From Candidatus Avelusimicrobium faecicola (GTDB lineage Bacteria; Elusimicrobiota; Elusimicrobia; Elusimicrobiales; Elusimicrobiaceae): a stretch of DNA of 64,000 nucleotides. Shown in pieces: positions 39,115 to 48,573 of the stretch (positions are counted from its first letter, which is position 1; every line of letters begins with the position of its first letter). The stretch covers positions 28,690 to 92,689 of the forward strand of contig JAJWNA010000002.1 in assembly GCA_021636085.1 (NCBI GenBank). Reading direction: 5' to 3'. The notes beneath the pieces are model-generated. The model searched no databases. It was not told where the DNA came from and saw only the letters and a program-made list of their open reading frames with translations. A program made the position numbers and the translations under genes.

Positions 39115-40244
39115 ACCCGCATATTTCCATAGATGAACGCCTGGCGCGCATACGCATTAACGCATTTCCGTACTTTCGGGCGGATTGGTTGGAACACCTG
39201 ATTCAGCTGTTCGGCTCCGCGCAGGAAATTTTACGCCAAGATGCCAAAACGCTGGCCGCCGAAGCCCAACTCAACCCGGAAACCGCCGCGCGGCTTTTGC
39301 AGGATGCGTTTGCCATTGACCCGCAAAAAGAATGGGACCGCACCGCGGCCCTGGGCGGGCATATTTATCTGCCGGAAGACGAAGAATACCCGGAGTGCAT
39401 TAAAAACAGTAAAGAGCCGCCGGTGGCCCTGTATGTTCTGGGCAAACTGCCGTCGGTCAATACGCCCACGGTAGGGATGGTCGGAACGCGCAAAATTACC
39501 CCTTACGGGCGGCGCGTGGCCGATAAGTTGGCTACGGAGCTGACCCGGTGCGGCATTACCATCATCAGCGGGTTGGCGCGCGGGGTAGACAGCGCTTGCC
39601 ACGCCGCGGCGGTACGGTTGCAAAAACCGACGGTTGCCGTTATCGGCACCGGGGTCGGGCGTTGTTATCCGGCCGAAAACCGCCCGCTTGCCAAAGCCAT
39701 TTTGCAATACGGCGGGGCCATTGTATCGGAACTGCCGGTAGACAGCCCGCCCAGTGCGTTTCACTTTCCGCGGCGCAACCGCATTATTGCGGCCCTTTCG
39801 CAAGCGGTGACGGTGGTAGAGGGCGAAGTAAAATCCGGCGCTTTAATTACCGCCAAACTGGCCTTGGAAATGGGCAAAGACGTACTGGCCGTCCCCGGCC
39901 CCATAGACAGCCCCCAATCCGGCGGCCCCAACCAACTGATTAAAGACGGCGCGGGGGTTGTTTCCTGCGTGCAAGATATAATAGACTATATACCGGAGCA
40001 ACTGCGTTTTGGCATTACGGATAAGCCGCTAAACGTGCAGCCGGCCGCCAAAGCGGAAGAAGCCGCCTTGGAGCCGCTGGCCAAAAAAGTGCTAGCGGTC
40101 ATCGGCCCCGGGGAAGCCAGTTTAGATGCGGTAGTGGAAGCGTTAAAAATAGATGTACCCCAGGCGGCCAATGTGCTTTTTGAACTGGAAGTAAAAGGGA
40201 TTTTAGCCTGCCGGAACGGGCTGTATTCCCGCAGCAAATTTTAA
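39111..40244 (+). CDS. dprA: DNA processing protein A (Smf)
   Basis: Rossmann-fold motif GMVGTRKITPYG...ISGLARGVDSACH. Overlaps the comM stop. Confidence 0.85.
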   Translation: MNPHISIDERLARIRINAFPYFRADWLEHLIQLFGSAQEILRQDAKTLAAEAQLNPETAARLLQDAFAIDPQKEWDRTAALGGHIYLPEDEEYPECIKNSKEPPVALYVLGKLPSVNTPTVGMVGTRKITPYGRRVADKLATELTRCGITIISGLARGVDSACHAAAVRLQKPTVAVIGTGVGRCYPAENRPLAKAILQYGGAIVSELPVDSPPSAFHFPRRNRIIAALSQAVTVVEGEVKSGALITAKLALEMGKDVLAVPGPIDSPQSGGPNQLIKDGAGVVSCVQDIIDYIPEQLRFGITDKPLNVQPAAKAEEAALEPLAKKVLAVIGPGEASLDAVVEALKIDVPQAANVLFELEVKGILACRNGLYSRSKF

Positions 40245-40266
40245 TTTATGTAAGGATGTGTGCCTT

Positions 40267-42549
40267 ATGGCGATGACGACTCGGAACGGAAAAAAATTGG
40301 TCATAGTGGAATCTCCCACCAAACAAAAGACCATCAGCAAAATTTTAGGAAACGAATATATTGTGCGCAGCTCTTTCGGGCATGTGCGGGATTTGCCCTC
40401 TAAAGATATTGGGGTGGATATTGACCACAATTTTACCCCCACTTATGTACCGGTGGAAAAGGCCAAACGCCTGCTGAAAGAACTGGAACCGTTAGCCAAA
40501 AACGCCAGCGAAATTTACCTGGCTACCGACCCTGACCGCGAGGGCGAAGCCATCGCGTGGCATTTAGTAGAATTACTCAAAATTCCGCAGGACCGCTACC
40601 AGCGTATTTATTTTCACGAAATTACCCCCACCGCTATTAAGGAATCTTTTGCCCATGCGCGCAAGATAGACTTAAATTTGGTGGATGCCCAACAGGCACG
40701 CCGCATTTTAGACCGCATTGTGGGGTACAAATTATCCCCCCTCTTGTGGAAGAAAATTACCTCCGGGCTTTCGGCCGGGCGGGTGCAATCCGTAGCGGTG
40801 CGCTTACTGGCGGAACGCGCCAAAGAAATTGCCGCATTCCAAGAAAAAGAATACTGGACCTTAAACGCCCAGTTTGAAAAGCCGAACACCGCCCCCCGCT
40901 TTTGGGCCCGCGTGTTAAAATGGAACGGCAAAAATGTGGAACAAACCACCACTTACCATTTATTTGCGGAAGATTACAAAGTAAAATCCACCGTGTTTGA
41001 TAAGCCAGAAACCCTGGCCCCGGTCAGCGCGCTCCTGCGCAAAGGGCCCAACACCGTGCTGAAAGTGGAAAAGAAAGAAGTAAAACAAAAACCAAAACCC
41101 CCTTTTATTACCAGCTCCATGCAACAGGATGCGTACAACAAACTGGGGTTTTCTTCCCAAAAAACCATGATGACCGCCCAACACCTGTACGAAGGTATAG
41201 AAATTTCCGGGCAGACCGTGGGTTTGATTACGTATATGCGTACGGACTCTTTTAACGTGTCCAAACTGTTGCAAGAACAAACCAAAAAATTTATTGCGGC
41301 TAAATACGGGCCCGATTTTGTGCCCGCCAAAGCCAACATTTATAAAAGCAAAGTAATGGGCGCACAGGAAGCGCACGAATCTATCCACCCGACGGACGTA
41401 AACCGCACGCCGCAAGCCATGAAGCCGTATTTAACAGCGGACCAGTACAAACTGTACGAACTGATTTGGTTGCGCTTTGTGGCCAGCCAAATGGCGGAAG
41501 CGGTTTTTAATACGGTGACGATTGATATTGCCGGGGAAAGTGCCGAAAAATGCGTGTTGCGCGCTACCGGCCGCACCGTTAAATTTAACGGCTATTTATC
41601 CATTTACCGCGATGACGAAGATTCTGCCTCCGGCAAGGATGACAGCGCCGCTTTACTGCCCGCCTTAACGGAGGGCGACACGCTGACCTTGGTGGAACTG
41701 TCAAGCAAAGGGCACAAAACCACGCCCCCGCCGTGCTATAACGAAGCCAGCCTGATTAAAACGCTGGAAAAACACGGTATCGGCCGCCCGTCTACCTACG
41801 CGCCTACCGTCAAAACCATTTTGGACCGCAAATACATCACCCGCCAACCCAAAACCAACAAACTGGTCGCTACGGATTTAGGCATTACCGTCACGGACAG
41901 CTTAAAAGATTATTTTAAGGAAATTATGGACCTTTCCTACACCGCTGGCGTGGAAGAACAACTGGATAAAGTGGCGGAAGGCAAAGAAGGTTGGGTGGGC
42001 CTGTTAAACAGTTTTTACGGGCCGTTCAAACAAGAGTTAGACCAAGCCGATAAAGGCATGCAACGCCCCGGCGCCAAAGAAACAGACGAAAAATGCCCCC
42101 TCTGCGGCAAAATGATGTTATTAAAACACAGCCGCTTCGGGCAGTATTTGGTTTGCAGTGGCGCGCCGGAATGTAAAGGCAAAATCAATTTAACCAGCTC
42201 CGGCGAAAAAGTACAGCCCGAAGCCACCAACGAGGTGTGCGATAAATGCGGCTCCCCCATGGTTATCCGCACCGGGCGGCGCGGCAAGTTTATGGCGTGT
42301 TCCGCGTACCCCAAATGCAAAAATACTTATTCCGTGGATGCCGAGGGGCACAAAGTGGCCTCCGCCGGGCCGATTATTACGGAAACCCTCTGCGATAAAT
42401 GCGGCAAACCCATGGTACTGAGGAGTTCCAAGCGGGGCTACTTTTTGGGTTGTTCCGGCTACCCGAAATGCAAAAACATTGTAAACATTTCGGACGAAGA
42501 AATAGCCAAAATCAAGGCGGCGCACGAACAAAAAACAGCCGCCAAGTAG
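40267..42549 (+). CDS. topA: DNA topoisomerase I with three C-terminal zinc ribbons
   Basis: TOPRIM (LVIVESPTKQ), the catalytic Tyr region, and C4 ribbons (CPLCGK..., CDKCGSPM..., CDKCGKPM...). Start is trimmed to the ATG behind an AAGGA RBS. Confidence 0.9.
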   Translation: MAMTTRNGKKLVIVESPTKQKTISKILGNEYIVRSSFGHVRDLPSKDIGVDIDHNFTPTYVPVEKAKRLLKELEPLAKNASEIYLATDPDREGEAIAWHLVELLKIPQDRYQRIYFHEITPTAIKESFAHARKIDLNLVDAQQARRILDRIVGYKLSPLLWKKITSGLSAGRVQSVAVRLLAERAKEIAAFQEKEYWTLNAQFEKPNTAPRFWARVLKWNGKNVEQTTTYHLFAEDYKVKSTVFDKPETLAPVSALLRKGPNTVLKVEKKEVKQKPKPPFITSSMQQDAYNKLGFSSQKTMMTAQHLYEGIEISGQTVGLITYMRTDSFNVSKLLQEQTKKFIAAKYGPDFVPAKANIYKSKVMGAQEAHESIHPTDVNRTPQAMKPYLTADQYKLYELIWLRFVASQMAEAVFNTVTIDIAGESAEKCVLRATGRTVKFNGYLSIYRDDEDSASGKDDSAALLPALTEGDTLTLVELSSKGHKTTPPPCYNEASLIKTLEKHGIGRPSTYAPTVKTILDRKYITRQPKTNKLVATDLGITVTDSLKDYFKEIMDLSYTAGVEEQLDKVAEGKEGWVGLLNSFYGPFKQELDQADKGMQRPGAKETDEKCPLCGKMMLLKHSRFGQYLVCSGAPECKGKINLTSSGEKVQPEATNEVCDKCGSPMVIRTGRRGKFMACSAYPKCKNTYSVDAEGHKVASAGPIITETLCDKCGKPMVLRSSKRGYFLGCSGYPKCKNIVNISDEEIAKIKAAHEQKTAAK

Positions 42550-42555
42550 GCAAGT

Positions 42556-43431
42556 ATGGATACATGGGTTCAGGCGTTTTTATTGCATTTGGAAAATAAA
42601 AACTTTTCAGCCAATACGGTTAAAAGTTATCGGGCCGATTTGCAAGAATTTACCGATTATTTATCCAAACGCAAACAAAATACGTTGGAGGCTTTTACCT
42701 CGCCCGTGATTCGCTCTTTTTTAGCCTCTTTACCGCAGGATTACGCCCGCAATACGGTTTTGCGCAAAATAGCGGCCCTGCGCAGTTTGGCGGCGTTTTT
42801 ACTGCGCCAAGGCAAACTGGCGCGCAACCCGTTCAAACTTTTACCGGCCCCTAAGCGGGAAAAGCTGTTGCCCAAATTTTTAACTTTGCCGGAAACAGAC
42901 CGCTTGATTAACACCGCCGGGAACACGCATTTTGCCGCGCGGGATAAAGCCTTGTTTGAGCTGATGTATTCCAGCGGGCTGCGCCGCAGTGAAGTGACGG
43001 GCCTGAAAATACGGGATGTGGATTTTTTTAACGGCGTGGTGCGCGTACTGGGTAAAGGCAATAAAGAGCGCCTGGTGCCGGTGACGGACGAAGCGCTTTA
43101 CGCCATAAAATATTATTTATCCACCCGGCCCAACCCGCAACCGCAGGACGCGCTTTTTTTGAACGCGCACGGCAAACCCTTAACCGGGGACGGCCTGGCG
43201 TTTATTTTTAAGAATACCGCTATTGCGGCCCATTTGGCCCGCAAAGTGACGCCGCACAGCTTGCGGCATTCGTTTGCCACCCACTTACTTAATAACGGGT
43301 GTGATTTACGCAGTTTGCAGGAAATGCTGGGGCACAAAACATTGGCGGCTACGCAAGTGTATACGCATGTTTCGCTGGATAAATTAAAAAGCGTATACCA
43401 ACACGCGCACCCCAAAAACAAGGAGAATTAA
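42556..43431 (+). CDS. tyrosine recombinase XerC/XerD family
   Basis: RHSFATHLL...LGHKTLAATQVYTHV catalytic R-H-R-Y signature. The chromosomal context favours Xer over a phage integrase. Confidence 0.75.
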   Translation: MDTWVQAFLLHLENKNFSANTVKSYRADLQEFTDYLSKRKQNTLEAFTSPVIRSFLASLPQDYARNTVLRKIAALRSLAAFLLRQGKLARNPFKLLPAPKREKLLPKFLTLPETDRLINTAGNTHFAARDKALFELMYSSGLRRSEVTGLKIRDVDFFNGVVRVLGKGNKERLVPVTDEALYAIKYYLSTRPNPQPQDALFLNAHGKPLTGDGLAFIFKNTAIAAHLARKVTPHSLRHSFATHLLNNGCDLRSLQEMLGHKTLAATQVYTHVSLDKLKSVYQHAHPKNKEN

Positions 43432-43435
43432 TTTT

Positions 43436-44401
43436 ATGATTGGTATTGGTGTAGACATCGGCGGCACCTTTGTAAAAGTGTTTGTAATGAACGAATACGG
43501 CGAGATTTTCCGTCAAGAAAAAATGGAAACCGATTACAGCAAGGGCTCCCAATTCTTTTTACAACAACTGGCGGATTACATCAACCGTATCCAACAGGAA
43601 TTTGCGGGCCAAAAAGTAGCCGTTGCCGTGGGCGCGCCGGGGGATGTGGATAACAAAAACGGTATTTTGCGCTACAACCCCAACCTTAAATTTAAGGACG
43701 TGGCCGACTGGCCCATGGCCCGTATTCTGAAAGATTTAACCGGCATTTTGCCCGCCGTAGCCAACGATGCCACCCTGGCCGCGTGGGGCGTGTACGAAAA
43801 AGAATTAAACCGCAAAGGAAACAATGTGCTGGTAGTCACCCTGGGGACCGGCGTGGGCGGCGGGTTAATTATCAACCGCGAACTCTACCAAGGCTCCAAC
43901 GGTACGGCGGGCGAAATCGGCCACACCAAAATTGCCGATACCCGCACCGGGCCTTTGTGCGGGTGCGGCGCGCACGGCTGCCTGGAGGCTTTTGTGGGCA
44001 CGATTGGCATTAAGCGCCGCGTGTGGCAAGCCGCCGAGGAACAGCCGCAATCCACCCTGGCCCAAATGGTCCGCCAAGAAAAAGATTTTAAGATTGAACT
44101 GGTTTCCCGCGCGGCCGAAAAGGGCTGCCCGGCGGCCTTAAAAGTATGGCAAGATACCGGGTTTTATTTGGGCATTGGTATAGCCAACGTGGTATTGACG
44201 TTAGATATAGACACGGTGGTTTTGACCGGGGGCGTGTCCCGCGCGGCCACTTACTTTATGCCGGCCTTAAAACAGGTATTGGAAAACCAACAAATCAAAA
44301 CGCCGTTCAAACGGCTTACACTCCTCACGTCCACGCACCCGAATATCGGCGGGATTGGGGCGGCCATGTACGCCATACACCAGGCCACTAAAAACGCATG
44401 A
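43436..44401 (+). CDS. ROK-family sugar kinase (glucokinase-like)
   Basis: GVDIGGT ATP-binding motif and ROK zinc motif GPLCGCGAHGCLE. Confidence 0.8.
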   Translation: MIGIGVDIGGTFVKVFVMNEYGEIFRQEKMETDYSKGSQFFLQQLADYINRIQQEFAGQKVAVAVGAPGDVDNKNGILRYNPNLKFKDVADWPMARILKDLTGILPAVANDATLAAWGVYEKELNRKGNNVLVVTLGTGVGGGLIINRELYQGSNGTAGEIGHTKIADTRTGPLCGCGAHGCLEAFVGTIGIKRRVWQAAEEQPQSTLAQMVRQEKDFKIELVSRAAEKGCPAALKVWQDTGFYLGIGIANVVLTLDIDTVVLTGGVSRAATYFMPALKQVLENQQIKTPFKRLTLLTSTHPNIGGIGAAMYAIHQATKNA

Positions 44402-46557
44402 AATTACATTATTTAGTTATTCTGTCAGTTCTTTGCCCGGCCCTCGCTTTTGCGCAGGACCAAAAACTGCCTGCCCCGCCCGGGCAGGACGGATTTATTT
44501 ATTTTACGGCCGACAACGCCAGTGTGGACCCTGTTTCCAAAAAAGTAAACTTAAAAGGAAATGTGGTTATTACGCAGGAAACAAAAGACAAAAAACACCG
44601 CGTAGTGACGGGGGAAGATATTACGCTGGACCAGGCCAAAACGCAAATTTCCTCCGCGGGAACTATGACGGTAAAAACGGCGGACGCCACGTTGACCGGG
44701 CAGGATATGTCCGTCAATTACACCACCAAAGATTTTACCGCCCACAACATAGCCACGCAGTACCCGCCCTTGCGCGTGATTAACGCCAAAGAAATTTCTT
44801 CCAAAAATGGTAAAGAAGTCCTGCGCGGGGCCACCCTTACTTGCTGTGACAAGCCGGACCCGCACTACACGCTTTCCGTCGGCAAGTTGTCTGTTTCGCC
44901 CGAAAAGCGCGTTTTCGGCACCAATGCCGTTATGCGTTTGGACGGTTGGCCGGTACTATATGTGCCGGTATTTTGGCGCTCGCTAGAATCCCAAAAACCG
45001 TTTACCACCCATGTAGATTTTACCCAAAGTAAAAAAATCGGTTTCGGCGTATTAACGTCCACCGTGTTTGACCCTGTTTTGGGTTTCCGCCCCAAGTTAA
45101 ATTTGGATTATTACACCAAATCCGGCGTGGGTATAGGTACGGAACTGATGGCCGTGACCACCCCCACCCTGCAAGGTACCGGGGAATTTTACTACATTCA
45201 CGATAACGCCAGCCCGGTGGAACTGGGCAAAGAAGAAACCAACCGTTGGGGCGTGCGCGGCGGCTACTGGTGGGAAATGGCGGACTCGTCCGACCACTTA
45301 AATAACGAACACGGCGCCCTGTACCAGTTGCAAACGCAATTCCGTATGGTGTCCGACCCGTACTTTAACGACTCGTTCTTCCGCGGCAACCCATATATTT
45401 TTATGCCGGACCAGCAAACCAACTTTTCCGTTTCCCGCCAAACGCGGCGTTCCACCCTGCGCGTGAGCTATGACCAGCAGGATATTTACGATTGGAACAA
45501 AATGAAGTTTATTGCCCAAACCCGCACCCTGCCGGAAATAAAATATATGCTCCACCCGGTTAATTTACTGGGGCTTTCCCACCGGGTAGAAGCCAGCCTT
45601 GATAATACTTCCTATATGGAAGAATCGTTCCGCCGCTCCGGGAACGCCCGTTGGACGGCCGAAAAAGCCGTCCGTTTGGCGCGGGGATTCACATTCACCC
45701 CCTCTGTATTTTACGACCAAACCGTCACCTTTGCGGACCCGCAATACGAATCCAAAGATTCGTGGGTGGGCAGAATCGGCACGGACTTAAACGTACAGAC
45801 CGAAACACTCCTGGGCACGACGGACTTTGGCTACCGCTACACCAAACGCCTTTCCACTAATACGGTGACCACGGACCAGCACTCTTTAGACCGGGGCGAA
45901 GAACGCAATAAAATTTATCTGTCCAATTACTACCGCCCCTCGTTTAACACCTATGTCCGTTTTGAAACCGGGTTCAATTTAGCCAATACCACCACCAACT
46001 TGCAAACCGGGGTACAGCGGGAACTGGGCTGGGAACACCTCAAATCCCGCGTGGAGCCGTTATTACTGGAGGGCGGCTACAATTCCCCCAACGGCAACTT
46101 CCGCTTTTTTGTGCTGGATATTTATGATTTGCAAGAAAAAAACCAGGCGTTCATTACCCAGTTGGACTTTATTTATAAGCGCCAGATTATCGGCTTTGGG
46201 CTCAATAATTTTGCCAATCACGAAGATATTGCCTCCCAATACCGCACCTATTCGGACCGCTATACGTTTACTACCTCGCTGGGTATCCGCCCCAATAACC
46301 CCAACTGGTTTATTGACGGCGGGTTTGATTTCCAAATCCAGGACAAAAGTTTTACCGGGTTTAACAAAATGTTGCGCGTTTCCCGCACGTTCCACGATGC
46401 CCGCCTGGAACTGACCGTGCGTGACCGCAACCAAAACCTGTCGTTTGCGTTCCGCGTAAACGTGTTATGCGGTGGCGACCCGCGCAAACAACGCGCCCTG
46501 CCGGAAGACCAATACTGGTATCCGTGGCGCAGTGAAAATGATTTAAGGGATATGTAA
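44398..46557 (+). CDS. lptD: LPS-assembly protein LptD (OstA)
   Basis: Signal peptide, OstA/LptA-like N-terminal jellyroll, CC pair (TLTCCDKPDP), and a large C-terminal barrel. Overlaps the ROK kinase stop. Confidence 0.8.
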   Translation: MKLHYLVILSVLCPALAFAQDQKLPAPPGQDGFIYFTADNASVDPVSKKVNLKGNVVITQETKDKKHRVVTGEDITLDQAKTQISSAGTMTVKTADATLTGQDMSVNYTTKDFTAHNIATQYPPLRVINAKEISSKNGKEVLRGATLTCCDKPDPHYTLSVGKLSVSPEKRVFGTNAVMRLDGWPVLYVPVFWRSLESQKPFTTHVDFTQSKKIGFGVLTSTVFDPVLGFRPKLNLDYYTKSGVGIGTELMAVTTPTLQGTGEFYYIHDNASPVELGKEETNRWGVRGGYWWEMADSSDHLNNEHGALYQLQTQFRMVSDPYFNDSFFRGNPYIFMPDQQTNFSVSRQTRRSTLRVSYDQQDIYDWNKMKFIAQTRTLPEIKYMLHPVNLLGLSHRVEASLDNTSYMEESFRRSGNARWTAEKAVRLARGFTFTPSVFYDQTVTFADPQYESKDSWVGRIGTDLNVQTETLLGTTDFGYRYTKRLSTNTVTTDQHSLDRGEERNKIYLSNYYRPSFNTYVRFETGFNLANTTTNLQTGVQRELGWEHLKSRVEPLLLEGGYNSPNGNFRFFVLDIYDLQEKNQAFITQLDFIYKRQIIGFGLNNFANHEDIASQYRTYSDRYTFTTSLGIRPNNPNWFIDGGFDFQIQDKSFTGFNKMLRVSRTFHDARLELTVRDRNQNLSFAFRVNVLCGGDPRKQRALPEDQYWYPWRSENDLRDM

Positions 46558-46572
46558 GGAGAAAAATAAAAA

Positions 46573-47142
46573 ATGGCGAACCCGCTTATTTACCATAAAC
46601 AAGGTTGGATAGAAGTTATTTGCGGTTGTATGTTTTCCGGCAAGACGGAAGAACTCATCCGCCGCGTACGCACGGCACTGATTGCCAAGCAAAAAGTGCA
46701 GTTGTTTAATTCCAAGATAGATACCCGCTACGGCATAGACAGCATTACCAGCCACAACCAAAACAAAGTGGCCGCCACCTGTGTTAAATCCTCGGCCGAT
46801 ATTTTACCGTTGGTAGATAAAGACACGCAAGTAATAGCCATAGACGAAGTAAACTTTTTTGATAAAGGCATTGTGGAAGTGTGCGAAAAACTGGCCAAAG
46901 CCGGCAAACGCGTGATTGTAGCCGGGTTGGATACCGATTTCCGCGCCGAACCTTTTGAAGTGACCGCTACCCTAATGGCCAAGGCGGAATATGTGACCAA
47001 AAACCTGGCGGTTTGCACCAAATGCGGCAACCCGGCCAGCTTCAGCCAGCGTATCAGCAAAGATAAAAAGCGCATTGTAGTCGGCACGACAGACGCCTAC
47101 CAAGCACGTTGCCGCCGCTGTTTCAAAAAACCGCGCAAATAG
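46573..47142 (+). CDS. tdk: thymidine kinase
   Basis: P-loop [15 protein letters not shown] and a C-terminal zinc ribbon (CTKCG...CRRC). Confidence 0.9.
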   Translation: MANPLIYHKQGWIEVICGCMFSGKTEELIRRVRTALIAKQKVQLFNSKIDTRYGIDSITSHNQNKVAATCVKSSADILPLVDKDTQVIAIDEVNFFDKGIVEVCEKLAKAGKRVIVAGLDTDFRAEPFEVTATLMAKAEYVTKNLAVCTKCGNPASFSQRISKDKKRIVVGTTDAYQARCRRCFKKPRK

Positions 47143-47174
47143 CGTTTTTTAGGTTGCTATTCGTCTTTTTATTT

Positions 47175-47201
47175 ATATCCCGCCCGCGCGGGATATTTTT
47201 A
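47175..47201 (+). terminator. rho-independent terminator after tdk
   Basis: atatcccgc-ccgc-gcgggatat followed by ttttt. The gcgggatatttttattt unit recurs once immediately downstream. Confidence 0.6.
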
Positions 47202-47285
47202 TTTGCGGGATATTTTTATTTATGGCATAAATCCGTAAAAAAAGTATAATAAAAAAGTATTCATATCTAAATTAAGGAGATTTTG

Positions 47286-48170
47286 ATGCAAAACGTTTAT
47301 GCTTCTTTTTGGCGGCGTTTAGTCGCTTTTATTATAGACAGTATTGTCATTTCTTTCCCGACCATGCTTCTTTCGGGTGTGGTTGCGGCCCTGTTTATGC
47401 CAAAATTCTTAGGCGCTATGGAGGCGGAGCCCTCGCCGGAAACCATTTCCGCCATGTTTTCCGCATACGGCTTTGTGATGGTAATTAATTTGGTATCGGC
47501 CTTGTTTTTTTGGCTCTACTATGCGTTTATGGAAAGCAGTGCCAAACAGGCTACTTTAGGCAAAATGGCCATGGGCATTAAAGTAGTGGATGAAAACGGC
47601 CAACGCATTAGCTTTGCGCGCGCCACCGGGCGTACTTTTGCCAAAATTATTTCTTACACTATTTTGTATTTTGGCTTTTTTATGGCGGCATTTACCAAAA
47701 AACGCCAAGCCCTGCATGATTTAATCGCCACCACCTATGTAGTGAACGCGGGCTACCAGCCGGACGGCCAACCCTTGCCGCAGGAAAAATTCCGCCCCGG
47801 GTGCTTAATTTTGACCCTTTTAGCTATTTTGACCCCCCTTGTATTGTGGTTTGCTTTAATGGGGTGGATAATAACCACCGGATTAAAAGAAGCGAATACT
47901 GCCACCAGAAACCCCCACCAGATGGTGGCCGAACAAATGAAAGCATTAGCCGCCCAAAACACCCAAACGGAACCTGTTGAACTGGACGGGTTTACGATTA
48001 CCACGCAAGAAGACGGCGTATATGCCACCCCGGCCAATACCCTCACGGAATTCAAACTTTTTATTCCCTATGGGGGCACGGACGTTTGCTGTCAACCGGA
48101 CGAAGACGAGGATGACGAGAAATTGAACTCTTGCACCTTATTTGCAAAAGGCTTTCCTGTTTGCAAATAA
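47286..48170 (+). CDS. RDD-family membrane protein with extra C-terminal TM/Cys-rich region
   Basis: WRRLVAFIIDSIV RDD motif and an AAGGAGA RBS. Confidence 0.65.
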   Translation: MQNVYASFWRRLVAFIIDSIVISFPTMLLSGVVAALFMPKFLGAMEAEPSPETISAMFSAYGFVMVINLVSALFFWLYYAFMESSAKQATLGKMAMGIKVVDENGQRISFARATGRTFAKIISYTILYFGFFMAAFTKKRQALHDLIATTYVVNAGYQPDGQPLPQEKFRPGCLILTLLAILTPLVLWFALMGWIITTGLKEANTATRNPHQMVAEQMKALAAQNTQTEPVELDGFTITTQEDGVYATPANTLTEFKLFIPYGGTDVCCQPDEDEDDEKLNSCTLFAKGFPVCK

Positions 48171-48186
48171 AATAACTTGTTTTACG

Positions 48187-48218
48187 CGGGGCCCTTTTAT
48201 AAAAGGGCCCCTTTTTTA
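48187..48218 (+). terminator. rho-independent terminator (perfect 12-bp palindrome)
   Basis: ggggcccttttat/ataaaagggcccc followed by tttttt. Confidence 0.65.
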
Positions 48219-48230
48219 TGGGTAGCAAAA

Positions 48231-48318
48231 GGCAAGTTGCGGTTTTCTTGTAAGTGCCGCGTACGCCACCGCGCGAACACCGTGAGCGTTGTACGCCAGC
48301 GCACAAAAAACCGCAAAT
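48231..48318. repeat. 88-bp hairpin-forming intergenic repeat, copy 1
   Basis: ggcaagTTGCGGTTTTcttgtaagtgccgcgtacgccaccgcgcgaacaccgtgagcgttgtacgccagcgcacaAAAAACCGCAAat, with 10-bp terminal inverted repeats. Confidence 0.9.
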
Positions 48319-48449
48319 CCCGGAAAAGCAAATGCTGATAGGAAAGATTTTTACAGACAGGCGTTGTTTGGTTATTTTCCCGCCCCAAGCGGCGGCTTAA
48401 AACAGCGCGCAATACGCCGGGCCTGGCCCCAATTATTTTACGTTTTTCA

Positions 48450-48537
48450 GGCAAGTTGCGGTTTTCTTGTAAGTGCCGCGTACGCCACCGCGCGAACACC
48501 GTGAGCGTTGTACGCTAACGCACAAAAAACCGCAAAT
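48450..48537. repeat. 88-bp hairpin-forming intergenic repeat, copy 2 (2 mismatches vs copy 1)
   Basis: Direct repeat of copy 1, 219 bp away, lying between the convergent RDD and pcrA genes. Confidence 0.9.
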
Positions 48538-48573
48538 TGCCCAAAAACGGAAAATCCCAACAGACCAACCCAG

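Noticed and set aside
42556-43431. Tyrosine recombinase as a possible phage or ICE integrase marking a mobile element.
   Set aside because: XerC/D-type motifs are present. The gene is flanked by topA and a ROK kinase in an unbroken core operon string, with no phage, transposase or att-like features nearby.
47200-47282. Repeated 'gcgggatatttttattt' units after the tdk terminator, as a possible regulatory array.
   Set aside because: Only two short copies, and the second lacks the stem partner. Most simply a duplicated terminator tail plus an AT-rich promoter region for the RDD gene.
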